DNA of 64,000 nucleotides from Tubiluchus corallicola (GCA_030141605.1 JAQGDQ010000202.1:27097-91096), one strand, 5' to 3'. Shown: positions 48,445-62,154, numbered from the stretch's first letter. Numbers and translations: made by a program. The notes: a model not told the origin generated them from the letters alone.

Positions 48445-49312
48445 TATAACAACAGTCATGAATACAAATTGCTTACATCAAATTGCATGCACTATGTTAC
48501 TGCTAAGCAGTGAAATTGTGAAATTACTAAAATAGATTCTACTTTGTTTGTTGTATAGAATTGTATGTATAAAAAGACTTTATCTTTAACACAGTTTGTT
48601 AGTTATTTAATGATCATGTACTTCAATAGAGTGATATTTACTATTATGGTGGGTGTTGATTTAATCTTTCATTCTCAGCAGAACAGTTTTACTATTGTAT
48701 GCTGCAAAGTGATTTTTCCAGTAAGATTTTTTTTCAGTAAGAAATTTTGTTGCTACATTGCTCGCTAAGCTTAACACCTGTACCACCACCTTAATTAGTA
48801 TGTGTTTATATATTTTGTATAGGCTTGTAATAAGAATTTTTACAGATACCTGAACCAACTATGTTTAGAGATGCCAGTTTTGATCTTGTCAATTAAACAT
48901 ATGGAAGAAGAGTATCATTTTTTCATGCTTATCTTTAGCTGCTGTGTTTGATTTCAAAATGGCTGTCACTGTTATTTAATAATTGAGATTGTTGCTCAAC
49001 TTCTAGCGGTTTGAGCTAAGTCCAATTTTTTTCACAAGTATAAGGAGGTATGGTAGTGGTAGATGTGTGTTAAGTATTTTTCAAAAAGTGCATGGGTATG
49101 GCTAAGTCATGTCACAGGGATCAAAATTTCAAAATGAGGGGAAATGTCTTTATCTCTCAACTCCTCCTCTGTAGAATTGCATTAGGAAGTGTGTGTGTGT
49201 GTGTGTGTACGTGTGTGCGTGTGCATGTATATGTGGGTAAAGCTGGATAGGAGTAGATGTGCATTACTTTAATTTAGGTACTTTTAGAAACGTGGGCAGG
49301 GTCTCGTCAAAC

Positions 49313-49545
49313 GACATAGTTGAAAGTTTAAAAATAAGTTCACGTCACACAGATGAAAGTTTAAAAATAAGTTCATGTCACATAGATGAAAATTTAAAAA
49401 TAAGTTCATGTCACATAGATGAAAGTTTAAAAATAAGTTCATGTCACATAGATGAAAGTTTAAAAATAAGTTCATGTCACATAGATGAAAGTTTAAAAAT
49501 AAGATCATGTCACATAGATGAAAGTTTAAAAATAAGTTCATGTCA
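49313..49545. repeat. 33-bp minisatellite, ~7 copies
   Basis: Unit TGAAAGTTTAAAAATAAGTTCATGTCACATAGA. Confidence 0.95.
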
Positions 49546-51375
49546 GTGACTGAGAGTGTGCAGCAGCTTGAATGATGGGAACTTGTTTTGCAGGAACACA
49601 GTGACCTTAAATCAAAGAATTTAAGGTGTGTGGACCTTGGTCAATTCCCGTTATACAGTAATATTTAATTACTCATAAATTACAGTAGGCAGAATCATGT
49701 ACATCTGTACATAAGTGCTCACACAATAGTGCAGGCTTTGTTGGCCATTGTGAAAAGAGATGATCAAGGAGACATTTTTTAGGTCTTGGTATAACAGTTT
49801 GCAAATTACAGCAGTCGTGCATTCATATTGAAATTATGACCATGGGTCGCTTGGAAAAATGAACTTTTCTCCTCTTTGTCATAGGACAGCAAATCTTATT
49901 TAATGTATATCATTCTGAATCTATAAAAAATATTATCCATGATGAAAAAGCAAAACATGCTGAAAAGAGACTTACAAGTGCATTGGCATCATCAAAGTCA
50001 TACCACCAAAAAAAGGTCGCCCTTCAAATTCTGATGTACCATCATGTAGTTCTGAAGAAGTATGTCATCGAGTGAGAACAAGGCGCTGTTTTTTGCTTGA
50101 AAAGAATGTGTTTTTCAGTGCTGAAATTTAGGCAGTGGTGTACTTAATTGACCTGAAAGTGGTGCAGTGGGAAACAAGCACGCTCTAGGGGACCAAATGG
50201 ACATACGGACCAAAAATCTGAATTGCTTTAGCCTTTTGATTACATTGCACTTGATTTAACGTATCATAGAAACTGAAATCAAAGAGTACTTAACTGCATT
50301 TATGATGCCGATGTCAGCAATATACTGGCCATTTTTGGATCTCAGTTGAAAGATTTGATGTCTGTTTGAACGAGCTTGCTGCATTTTTCTATCTTGATAT
50401 CTACATTAAATCAGAAGTCTGGTTGACATGGGCTAGAGTAATTCTAATTTTTTTCTTCCTGTGTATTCTCCCTAATAAACATAAGCTTTGTTTCCCATTC
50501 ACCACTTTCAAATCCAAGATGACAACTGAAGATATATGTATGAAAAATGGCACCTATCTTTTTTTTTAATTCAGCATTCGCCAAATTGACGTAAGTGATC
50601 CCAAAAATTTAGCTAGCCCCAAATCTCTGATACAGCGTTCTGTGCAAAAATTATAAAAAACAAATCTGTTACGGATTATGCAAAGCTTTTGAGTATAGTA
50701 TAGACTCCATAGTGCAAAGTGATCTCAAAGTGCTTCCAAACTCACAGGATACGTCCAGATTCAGTCTTTAAACACAAACATGACATTTCGCGCTATTCTT
50801 TTACTTGAAACACGTTTCAATGATTTCACGAACAAAAACGTTTTCACCTTTGTAAACAGAGGCTTACCAGACATTTCAAACTTCCAGGGCACTATTGATG
50901 CTCCGTGGTTAAACTTAGGTGGGGTAAAAATGTTTGCAAAGTGGAAGCAGAGTGAAATTGGGAGTCGTTCCTCTAAACCACCCACTCGGCAAGAAGGTGC
51001 ATGTAATTACAATCTAATATTTACGTAATATTACGTAATGTTTACGTAAGAATCTCGTTAAAAAGTTCTAGGCCTACATGTAACTTAAACTTACTTTTAG
51101 ATGATTAGTGTGTCATATTTGTATTGGCTAAATGAGTGTATATTTATCCGTGCAAAGGTTGGTTCTATGACGAAGTATTTGGGGTTTTACTTCTTCAGTG
51201 AAGCGCAGTAGCAACAGTCAAGCAACGTAATGTAAATATAATTTATTCGTCTTCTAGCCCCAGTGTAATCCGTACATGTGCAACAATCACGGGTGATTAT
51301 AGAAAACTATAATTTTGTTTCGACATTTTTTGTGCCATCGGCTTGCGAATTTTGAATAACTAAACAAAATTAATC

Positions 51376-51467
51376 ATGTTTCTACGAATTTTTTTAACGA
51401 TCGTGTACGTTGGTTGCGTGGTCCTGACTAGAAGCGAAGATCTAAAAGATATCCCCGCGTGTGACAG
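51376..51467 (+). CDS. TREH: Trehalase (GH37), coding exon 1 with signal peptide
   Basis: MFLRIFLTIVYVGCVVLTRSEDLKDIPACD-S; hydrophobic N-terminus; joined to exon 2 it gives CDSNIYC; AG|GTAAGC donor. Confidence 0.8.
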
Positions 51468-51639
51468 GTAAGCTTAATTGGCATGTTATCATTCTGCGTC
51501 CTATTCTACACTGCATGAGATAAAGACTATAAATATATATATATTTATAGTCTTTACCTCGTATATATATATATCTTTATCTTTACCTTGTATATATATA
51601 TATATACAACTGTATTTTTTAATCAATTTGTATTCATTT

Positions 51640-51825
51640 TATCAACTGAATTTAATCCTCAACATCTTTTATTTGTTGGATAGTTTTTATATCTGCATGT
51701 ACAATACATTTTGCATTTTCACGTATATTTACATTTTATGTTGTTTTAGTACATTCGGCCAAGATGTAAAGGAGTCTATAGCTCACTCTAGCTATCGAGT
51801 TTAAATAAAGGTCTTATCTTATCTT
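51640..51825 (+). mobile_element. Probable LINE/SINE 3' tail
   Basis: Ends AAATAAAGG-TCTTATCTTATCT: poly(A) signal plus a short tandem-repeat tail, as in CR1/L2-type elements. Confidence 0.4.
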
Positions 51826-54078
51826 CAATGCGTATAATTGCCTCACTGAATAGATCCTTACCGACAGGCCTATTTATAATTGATCACCTTTGACTGCTAT
51901 ATATGCCGTTTGTTTTAAAGTTCGAGTTACGTATATGAATTGCAACTGTGTAAGGTTGGTTATTTGCTAGGTTGGGGAAAAGCAGTCAGATTACTTAGTT
52001 TAGACTTTATATTATCAGTGCAAACAACGACTACCATTAAACTGGCTCTTTATGGAGATCCTATTAAGAGCACATAAATAATAATAATGTGTTCATAATG
52101 CTTACAAAGTACTATAGCCAGACCTTCTAGTACTTGTATTTTTGCTATTCGAATTCGTAATATAAGATGCAGATAGTTTAACCACACAATTATAATTTTA
52201 CCTGCATTTTGAAGTTAAATAAACAAAGAAACCGAATCGCCATGATACCTTTTTTGTATTTAAGCTGCTTAATACGTCGAATATTAAATAGACTGTGTAT
52301 ACGTCCTATCTCTCCAGACGATTTTCACTGTAATACAAAAAGGCATAATTTTTACGAATTACTAGTAAATGAATATAGTTTAGTATATAACCACAAGATT
52401 TGTGAATCTTCAGGTTACGTATTGTGGTATTCTTATTGAAGAATAAATTCACTTATTTTATTAAAAAGTGGCTTATAGGCCTAGTTTATAGTATTTGCAA
52501 TTTAACACATGAACATGACAAAACAGGTTATATTAAAATAAAGTAGCGATAATATGAAATATAGGGCATAGGCCTACAGTAATATTTACTATGTTGTTTG
52601 GTACGCAAAAGATACATGGCCAGATTCAGCAAAAGATCTCTGATTTTGTAATCATAAAGTTTTAATTTGAACAGTTTCCAAAAAAATGTTTTCAACTTGT
52701 AGACCTGTAGGTCTTAATTAATTCACAACAAACAGTTTTGCTATTTTTTTTAATCTAAACGCACTGCGTACGCAATTAGCGTTATTATTAACTACTTAAA
52801 CTACAACATGTTAAAATTATTATTGCAGCACGTTCGTGGTAGTTGTTTACATAAGAGCTTGGGAAACTGTGATTTCACGTAGGTCGTAGATGAAGTGCTT
52901 TGATTATAATATCAAGATTTGGATTAGAAACTGTTGAAACCCGAATTTCCTGTTCTGCTGGATATAATGAAGACTAGTGTCATGCGCGCTAATGCTTTGT
53001 ACGAGGACAGGCCGAAGACTAGGAACTAAAAACGTTATTCGAACTATAGCGCACAAGTCCTGCAGAGACGAAAATAAGCCTCTCTCTCTCATGAGCTGAG
53101 AAAATTTAAAATTATATATACTACCTGATTCATCACCAGTTGTCATTGTTTCAGGTGTTTGATAGAGGCCTGATAAGATTCTAGCTAGGTTCTACTCGAA
53201 AATAATTAAACAGGTAGCCTCAGCGAAACATTTATATTGGTTCGACAGCTCATTAGATTAGATTATTTCTTTATTTTGATAGATAGGACATAAATTACGC
53301 AAAAATAGAGAAAATATTACAAAAAGCATTAACAAGAAAATTACAAAAACATATATTAAATTTAAGTGCTGCAAGGAAAATTACTAGACTAGTGCAATTT
53401 ACTGATAAATAGATAAATGAACGATAGCTATACAAATGATATAATCTGTACTCGGTTGTCCATAGCATAGGAACTCCAGCACATAATTCATTTCTAATTC
53501 TTATAAACTTGTCAGACTGAGCATATTGTCGGAGTTCAGAATACATTCTGCATAAAAGTTTCTGAATTTTATAATAATAACAACAAAATAAAGAGTAGGT
53601 AAGCGCCTATGACTTCAAAGTAAGGAATGTCGTTGTCTAAGCACATTTGCCTAGCACTGCAGTGATACTGGAGTAAGAATAATTGTGATCCGATTAATTT
53701 ATTATAAGTAATTTTAATATTAATTTTCTCTAAGGGGACAGGCCATTTAAGCGTCGCAAAATTGAGCACCAGACACTTGCCAGCCCCAAAGTACTGCTTA
53801 TTACAGTCAGCCGCGTTGCTGTTTATGGTGTCCTCACTCGATCTCGCCGTCTAGCAGGTTAAAATGAGAATCATAGGTCGTTCTATAGTTACCGCATAAC
53901 TTTTAAAAACATCTAAAGTTTTTGTTGGAAAGACGATTATTTTCGTGAGAACGATCGTGTTATTAAATCTGGAAGCACCTATAACTAATCTAGCATGCGT
54001 AAAAACACTGCTGCGGAACGCATAATTATCATGCAATTAGGAACAAATGCATAAAAAGTATGCAAATAATTAGTCTTA

Positions 54079-54376
54079 CTCTGCGTTCAGAGTAGCGAGT
54101 TTTCTTGTCAAGTAACTGCAAGACAACAAAACTCATCTTTATAACTCTCCCACAGTAAGCACGAATTAGCGTTCACTTCTATTCACTGCGAGAAGTGTTG
54201 AGTGTAGCTCGCCAAGGCATTTTCACTAGACAGTAACTCGCAGGAAATCAACTCGCGGCAACTGTTGGAAAGTTTGTAAAAACTTGTCGACAGTAACTGG
54301 CAAAGTAGTTCACACTTGCGAATTTGCTGTCTGAGAAAAAACTCGCGACAGAAAACTCGCTAGTCTGAACGCACCG
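54079..54376. mobile_element. PIF/Harbinger-type MITE
   Basis: Inverted ends TGCGTTCAGAGTAGCGAGTTTTCT and AGAAAACTCGCTAGTCTGAACGCA; TTA on both sides (within a TTAGTCTTA direct repeat). Confidence 0.7.
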
Positions 54377-55169
54377 TTAGTCTTAATACTGACAATCATA
54401 CTGACGTTAAGTAGGCAGTAATTTGGCTGATTAATGTTGTTTTCAGCTGGGAACTAGTATTATGTAAGCAAAAACACAATGCACTTTGCGTTTATATTTC
54501 TTCCAGCCCAAAGCATTCTAAACACATACAATAAAGCATACTAAATTTTTGTATCAGTAATTTTTGGGACTCACATTTCTGTTATTTACTATTTTCGTGA
54601 TGCAATGTACATTTTCTAAATACAATGCTGTCATATTTAAAAATGTTAATCTTGCGGTGTCTTTTTCCACTTCGTACATCTTAAAAAGTATGCGTTAGGT
54701 AAATTAAGAATTAGGTGCAAGCATAGATAATAATATTGCTAACGTAATCTCCAAGAATTTAGAGCTAAAAAAATTTGAACCAGCCCGGAGATACAAGCTT
54801 CTATGTCTAATTTAGCATTCTGCTTAAGTTTGAAAAATGTGTAAATTTTGAATTGTCATCTAGTTCATGCCTTCGAATTATATCACCAACAGCTAGCGGA
54901 AGTACGTAATTATAAAATTGGGCTAAGCGTTAAGCCCTTATAGGACAGCCAAACTAAACAGCAATTGTTGAACGTCTATGAAACGTTATTAATTAACGAG
55001 AACACACTGAGCACGATTTTCAGGGTAACATTTATACCAATCCAGAAGTAAGCCATTTGTACCATTTTTCAAGTCTTATCAATAAGATTATTATGGTTGA
55101 TCAATGGTATCAAATTAATGCTGAAGTAATATCAAGTAGGACCGTGTAAATAATTAATGACAATTGACA

Positions 55170-56285
55170 TACATGGGCTAGCCCAAGTAGGGCGCGTCGT
55201 ACATGGGCTGCCCAGCCTGCCCAAGTAGGACACTAGAAAAAGGTTACAAATTGAGTTGTTAACCGCACTGGCAGTGTCCGTTGTCCTTGTTTACTTAAAA
55301 GAAAACCGGACGATTGTGTAAACATTAGTTCAGATTAAAGAATGCTCCAAAATATTGAAAACTACAAGAGCTTTCTTAAATCAAAGCTTAGATTAAATAA
55401 TAATTACCTCGGATACTCAAATTTCGATAAACTTTCAAAGCTACGCTCGGCTCAGTGAATCTACTAAGATTGGTAACGGCGCCTTCTTGTCACATGCTTG
55501 CGACCGACAAATAGAAGGCGGCACCGCGATAACCATGATCATGAACTGCTGCGTTCGTTTCTGACGTCATATGACGTAGAGCCCATTTTCGTGACACCAT
55601 GCGTTTAAACAGTACTGTAAAACCTAGGCAAACGTGCTGGACGCGCAATGGAAGATGCGTGGTATTGCACAAACTGTGGTTAGTTTCTGACGTATGCAAT
55701 AGCTGTGTTCGGTTGCCATTATAGTAGATTGCCATGACAGTAAATTAAAATGAGATTGAGTCTAAACAATCATTTGGTTTTCCTTTATACATCAATGCAC
55801 GTTGTATAATTTATTATACATCTGATAAAATAAAAGAATCTTATTCTGAGTTAATAGAACGGCCAATATTAAATTTGGAATCGATATTAATCTTTTTGAA
55901 GTGAAATAATCCCGCTTTTTGGGCCATTCCAACATTTGCTAAAAGTATATAGTTTTTTATTTTGTCTCGCTTCATAGACAGGTGATCCGTTTCACTACCT
56001 CTTGTAATTATTTTCAGCTAAGCAAATGGACTAGAGAGCTATGTGCCCTACATAGTTTCTCTCTTTTAAGCATTAGATACTTAGTTTAATGTTATGATGA
56101 TATTAATGGAGCTAATAATAATGATGATATTATTGTAAAAAATACATTTTGTAAATTATCAAGGACTATCTATCATTATTATCAAGTTACTTTTTTCTAA
56201 AACAAATTTAGTTTTATGTTTTATTATGTATAAATTCTCGATTCTCGACAGAAATCGCCAGTGCGCTACTTGGGCTGCCCATGTA
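55170..56285. mobile_element. Inverted-repeat-bounded non-autonomous element (unclassified)
   Basis: TACATGGGCTAGCCCAAGTAGGGCGC (55170, with a second copy at 55200) is inverted at 56261-56285 (GTGCGCTACTTGGGCTGCCCATGTA). Confidence 0.5.
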
Positions 56286-57995
56286 AGACACTGCTTTTCA
56301 GCACATGCGCTTTAGCGCAAGTGTCCCCTACTTCGGCTAGTGGCGTACTCCGAGCCTTACTTCTATATTGAATCGGGAGTCGCGTGTCTATGTGTACTAT
56401 TATATTACTTGTAATGTAGTGACGACTGCGGTATTAACAGTGTTCTACACACAGTGCATTAAACTTCTATTTGAGACTCACATTAATTAATGGTTAAGAA
56501 TGCGACCATTATGCCTAACTAATTAACTTATGTTATGTTTACTTCAAAAGTTGCAAAGGTACTAGCATAATAATGCTGTTAGTGCACCGTACTCAGTGCT
56601 TAAAGTTTGGGTTGTTAACAATATCATTGTCTCCATTTATAAACAACGTGATTGATAAAACAAGTTTCTATCACGATCCTGTAGCTCTCTACCAGGATTA
56701 ACTGAGGAATATTTTAGGAGCCAGTCTGATGTCACCGTTTATAATCTGGGATATTGGAAATATCACATGAATACTCGAAATAGGCAGGTGTCCATTAAAC
56801 TGCTCAGATTACTATACATTAATGCCATATTGTTCAACTTTGAGGGACGTGCCACTGCTCACCTTTTTTACCAAGAGAAGATTCCGTATAAAGTGCTTTT
56901 GTTTTTTAGTTTTAGTCTTGTTTAGCAAATAACAATTGGCCATTCTATTCAGAAACGGACTTTAAAAATAGTGCAGTTCTGTTTAAAGAAAAACCGGTCC
57001 CAAATTTAAACTGTAAGTCAAAGCAATCTACTCTTTAAAATTATGAAAGAAAACTTAGGGCCTACTATTTTTTCAAAAATGACTTACGTGAAAGAATTAT
57101 TACCACACAAGCACAATTTTATGTTTGCACCACTAGTTCTTTAGTTAGACATGCAGTAGCGCCTGCATTTTAGAAATGCATTCCACAAAAATAGGTGCTG
57201 TACCTCACAGTTCAGATGTGTTAGTTTGTGAGGAACTACACATGTTCGACAGCTCATGCATGAGCACAGCTTAAATTTGAAATTTGAATATTTTTCTTAA
57301 AACTTGCCTAGTATTACTACAACACACTGAATATCTTACAGTAGCACTGTACTTCAGTTTTCTCTTTCACAAGCATGTGCAACACGCTCGTATAATATTT
57401 TGCTGTTGAAAATTGGGTTAGTTTGTGATGTCATCAATAGTTGGGCTCGCCCGCCGTTAAATAAGTTTTTAATCTATTATTTAATTATCGGAAACGCTTT
57501 TGCAGTATTAATCGTGTTAAAATGTACTTTTTATCAGACTTGAAAATGGATATTATTGGATTTTTTATGAAATTCATTAACAGAAAAACAGAAAATTCTA
57601 TTTTTGGCCTTAAAATTGTATTAATTGAAGAAACTGAATGAAACGTGATTCCTTTTAATTTAGTACTTTTGGGAGTGACATTCTGAATCTACGAAAAGTT
57701 CGAAAGATTTTTTGTATAGTAAATAAAGAAATAATTTTTACAGTATATTTTTGTCCCTAAATTACTTATTCATAAACGATTTTTTGTCAAATGAATAAAA
57801 TATCCGCTACTTCTTTGTTAATCGATCTTTAAATATCTACTCACATATTTTAAAACTATTGCTGAAAGTCATTTACACAGCAGTGAAGTCAAAATACACG
57901 AATAGCATGTTCACCTGATCTCTTCTAATTTTGTTCTGTTTACTCATACATTTTGGTACCATAAAACGTAAACTTTTGAGTAATTGTTTTTTCAG

Positions 57996-58096
57996 TAATA
58001 TTTATTGTGATGGCGAATTACTGCATCTGGTGCAAACCCTACAAGTCTACGAAGATAGCAAGGAATACGTGGACAAGAGTCTCAAGGATGACCCAG
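57996..58096 (+). CDS. TREH: Trehalase, coding exon 2
   Basis: NIYCDGELLHLVQTLQVYEDSKEYVDK. Confidence 0.92.
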
Positions 58097-58216
58097 GTAT
58101 ATACCATATTTTTCTTATATTTAGTAAATAAACGAAAACAGAAATACATGTAAAAACATTAAGTTTGCTTCTGGAAACAAACAAGATATTCCCTGCCTAT
58201 GTGCTTTTCTCATGAA

Positions 58217-58480
58217 TCTTATATATTATATAAGATTCGAGGCTACAGCTCCGACAACGACACAATTTTCGGCATTCTAAATGTCAAACGAAATGCCTCG
58301 ATCTAGTGTCATCTCTTTGGGGCTTTATATTTTGAATCGGCCCCACTGGGATGAACGGGGATGTCTATTTTTCGCCTGTTTTTTGCAAAGGTTATGTACC
58401 TCTTATTTCTGGAGATCCGGAATGGGTCGGTGGGTGGTGCTTTCCTGTATTAATGTGTAATCAGTTTTACGAGATAGTGA
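58217..58480 (+). mobile_element. Diverged 5' part of the same Helitron-like family
   Basis: A|TCTTATATATTATATAAGATTCGAGGCTACAG...TCAAACGAAA..CTCGATCTAGTGTC, clearly homologous to 2913-3150; 3' end not found. Confidence 0.7.
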
Positions 58481-58904
58481 GACCACCTATGAAAAGTTTT
58501 ATGTTTGGCAGCAGGCCAGGTTATGTGATAAAGTAGTTATTATATCGAAGATGGGTTGATTTGATCCCACACTTAACGTCAGGACGTACTATAACAGGAC
58601 CACATTTTATCTCATCACTAGACATGCAGTAGGGTGTATTACAGTAAGCATAAAAATCTAACCAGTCGCGGGATGTACTGTAACTATCGCACTTCACGGC
58701 AAAACCCTAAAAATGCGTTATAAGTAAGATTTGATCGGAAGAGATTTCACATATCTCTTAAAGCCATATAATTTTCGATGTGTTATGACATAAATTGATA
58801 TTTTATTCCATAGATTTGGAGCGGTAAATTTTAAGTGTCTGGCAACATTGGTTCTGCAAAATGGAATATAATATTCATTAAATCTAGTGAAGTGATGTTG
58901 GTGA

Positions 58905-59140
58905 TTACGTACGATGGGATTTATGAAACGCGGGGGTAATAAACTGTGGTGTGTTTTGTACTAAGTCATCTAAATTTAAAATTCCACAGTTATAAAAAAG
59001 TGTAGGTTCAATTTTGGCTTGTTTATTTAAATCATAAGTGATTCTCAAAAACTTACGCTGGTGTCTGGCTAAGTAATTTAAGTTTGTTGGATATGTTTCC
59101 CCCATAGAATACAGCAATAAATATCTATAAAGCCGTGTAA
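58905..59140 (-). mobile_element. LINE ORF2 C-terminal relic
   Basis: GETYPTNLNYLARHQRKFLRI...LFYNCGILNLDDL resembles the post-RT WG.T....L..L...QK..IR....LF....IL motif of L2/CR1-clade LINEs. Confidence 0.55.
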
Positions 59141-59319
59141 TATGCGCCAGTCATTAAACTGTTCGAGCCACAATTCAACTGATCAAAAGATCTCACAGTA
59201 TTATAGACATATAAGCAGCTGAGCTGTATTCACGTAGAGAACTTAACAATAAATTTGACTATGCTGAATTCTCAAAATTATGGTAAGCACATTATATGCA
59301 AGTCCTTGATGACGTGTCT

Positions 59320-59484
59320 CCACTTCTGACACCATGTTGAAAGATGTAACTCACAATGAAAATATAAAATTAACAGTTTATTCACAATCGTCTTCAATCC
59401 CTCATTCTACAATCTACGGCCTTTTTATTATCCCCAACTCTCGCGCTCTAGACGCGGACTGATTCCACACTAAATAGTCCAACA
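59320..59484 (-). mobile_element. Short LTR with tRNA-Leu primer-binding site (truncated LTR element)
   Basis: CCACTTCTGACACCA (59320-59334) abuts TGTTG...CAACA (59335-59484), which contains a minus-strand AATAAA. Confidence 0.55.
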
Positions 59485-59780
59485 CTATTACTGCTGACAT
59501 AAAAGAAAACGAAGTTCGTTGAAGAAACCATTGTCTGCAATTTACAATTAAAAAAACTTCAATGGTTAATAAAATACCGTTTTTGGTTATTGCTTATATT
59601 ACTGTCCACTGTTAATAACTCGTAAATGCAAATTTCTAGAATTTTTCATTTGCAGCCTTCAAAAATTGTTTAACATTTGGCATTCTGGATTTGTGCCCAA
59701 GTTTTTAATAGTCATGTCTATTAAATCCTTTTTAAAATTATAAGTAATACTTTTTGTTAATTCAGGTAAATGTATTTCAG

Positions 59781-60010
59781 ACAAAATCTGGTCAGAGTTT
59801 GAAAACTTTATCTCTGTTAATCCGAACCCGACAAAGACAGACATGGAAGAATTCGTGGATTTGTATTTTGGGCCAACAAACAGCGAATTTGAAGATTGGG
59901 AACCTACAGATTGGAAACCAGATATTGAATTATATAATAGGATTAAGGATCCAGCTTTAAAAGAATTTGCTAGAAGCTTGAATGAGATTTGGAAGATTCT
60001 TGGAAGAAAG
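59781..60010 (+). CDS. TREH: Trehalase, coding exon 3
   Basis: EEFVDLYF...EFEDWEPTDWKP...IKDPALKEFARSLNEIWKILGRK. Confidence 0.92.
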
Positions 60011-60444
60011 GTGAAATTGCAGCTTTGTTAATTGAAGCACAGTTTTTTTTTGAGAAAAAATGTTCTACTGTTTTTGTGCCCTGTTTGACTTGTGAGTTCT
60101 AGTTGTACAGTTAAATGTGTATCCACTATTTTGTTCTCAAAACTGTGCTGCATCTGTTTAATGATAGTTCAGAAGATTGTTTTGACAGTTCAGCCTACAA
60201 AACAAAATCTACTGTCAAACAAATTTTATTACATTTTGTGATGCTGTATAGTCCTCAGATATTATAAGGTTTTTAGGATTTGCATTACTAGTTATAATGC
60301 AACATATTAACTAAAAAGTTGCACTAATAATATTTATTTTATCACTTTAAAATAAAGTGGAAAATTGTTGCTGGTGCTTATACTGAGTGAAAATCTGTGT
60401 AGCCTTAGAGAACTTCTTCAAAGTTTTTGACTTTTTGCTTTCAG

Positions 60445-60545
60445 GTTAAAAAGGATGTTGAAGACAATCCCAGCAGATACTCGTTGATTTACGTTAGCTA
60501 TCCTTTTATTGTGCCTGGTGGACGATTTCGGGAATTCTACTACTG
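60445..60545 (+). CDS. TREH: Trehalase, coding exon 4
   Basis: YSLIYV..PFIVPGGRFREFYY-W, trehalase signature 1. Confidence 0.95.
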
Positions 60546-60772
60546 GTGACTTACTTTCATTGTTTCAATATTTTAACAATACTTAATTGTGTCTGCTGTA
60601 ATTGCCTACCGATGTAGAAATGTGATTTTTAAAGGTGATTTAGACTTTAGCTTTGTACACATTTAATACTTCGCTTAAGACTGGTCATAGGAAGCATGAT
60701 ATCCAGGTGGCTTACCATCTGCATAGTATTATTTATTATGCTTCACTATAGGAAAGGTTTTAATTGTTACAG

Positions 60773-60865
60773 GGACTCTTATTGGGTCATCAAAGGTTTA
60801 CTGTTGTCTGAGATGACAGATACTGTTAAAGGAATGCTGCTAAACTTTATTGATATTGTTCAAAG
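60773..60865 (+). CDS. TREH: Trehalase, coding exon 5
   Basis: WDSYWVIKGLLLSEMTDTVKGMLLNF. Confidence 0.95.
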
Positions 60866-61124
60866 GTAAGAATTAGATTGCTGCTCTAGTAAATATTTTT
60901 GTGTAAATTAACTTTGGTTGCTGTCCAACTTGTGTTTTACAGATTTTACTTTTACCCTGCAAGTGCTTTATCGGGATGCAAAAGTAAGACAACAGTTACA
61001 GCATAATGCTCACTGCTGCAGACAGACTACAAGGATTACCATGCTAAAACTGTGCATTGTACCACTAGCTCAACTTTGTACCTCCAGCACTTGCAGTTGG
61101 GAGATGTTACAAGAAAAAGAGGCC

Positions 61125-61439
61125 CAGGGGCATAGCCAGGTTTTAAAGCAATCACATAAAAAGGCACTGTGACACATGAAGCAATTATGTGTTTCTCTAT
61201 TCTGCAACAGATGGTATCAGCATGTGATAAGAATATAATTAGATTTAAAACAATTTGATCCTTTATTCTATCAGTCAACCTTGATAAAGGAGTTGCATAA
61301 ATGCACGCTCATTTCAAAAACACTTGTGGCAAATTTGTCAAATGAAGTAATAAGGCTGCTTGCCAAAAGACGCCAATTTTAAAAAATTGTGCTCAGGAGA
61401 GCGTTTTTTTCCCTCGCTCCTCTTTTAGCTGCGCCACTG
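61125..61439. mobile_element. hAT-type MITE
   Basis: Imperfect inverted termini CAGGGGCATAGC and GCTGCGCCACTG; perfect 8-bp target-site duplication AAGAGGCC (61117-61124 and 61440-61447). Confidence 0.8.
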
Positions 61440-62154
61440 AAGAGGCCATGACCTCCCTAGACTCTTTCTAGTTTCTTCTACTACTTACAAGCTCACTTCT
61501 AAACCAACTTTGCATAATTTTTTTTCAAATAGACTGTAGAGACTGGAGACACCTGAAACAAGACTAAGATGAAAACAAATACTTCGATAAAGAAATTATA
61601 CAGGCAGCAGTTTTATTGTGCAATATATGAAATTCTTTTCCATTACATGTTAACCTTCCTTTTTTGTGATGGCCGAATTGATTAGAGAAATCAATAAATA
61701 TTCCTGATATTCCTAAATACCATTTATTGTGGATACCAGAATGTTTCTTGAGATCATTACTGAGTACAATTAAATTAAACAATGTACTTATCAACAGTGT
61801 ACATCATTACTCTGTCACAATGACACATTGTTTATTGAGCTTAAAGGCAAATCTTTCGCAGTTGAAACTGTGCAGCTTGTACTTGCATGTGTGATTCATG
61901 TTTCCATGTAATCAAAATAATCTGAATGAACTAAATAATGTAGTCATATTCAACCTATTACTATGTCCATTATCATGTCTACAAGCTTGGACTAACATTT
62001 CTATACATTTAGCAATTATCACGTAGAATAGCTTAAAAAATAAAGTGATTTTGAAAATTTTTGTAATAAAAGAAGTAAAAATTTATTGCAGCAGCTCTTA
62101 TTTAAATATGCACAAAGAATGTTTAGCTTTTTCTTATTCAACCGAAATTTTTAG

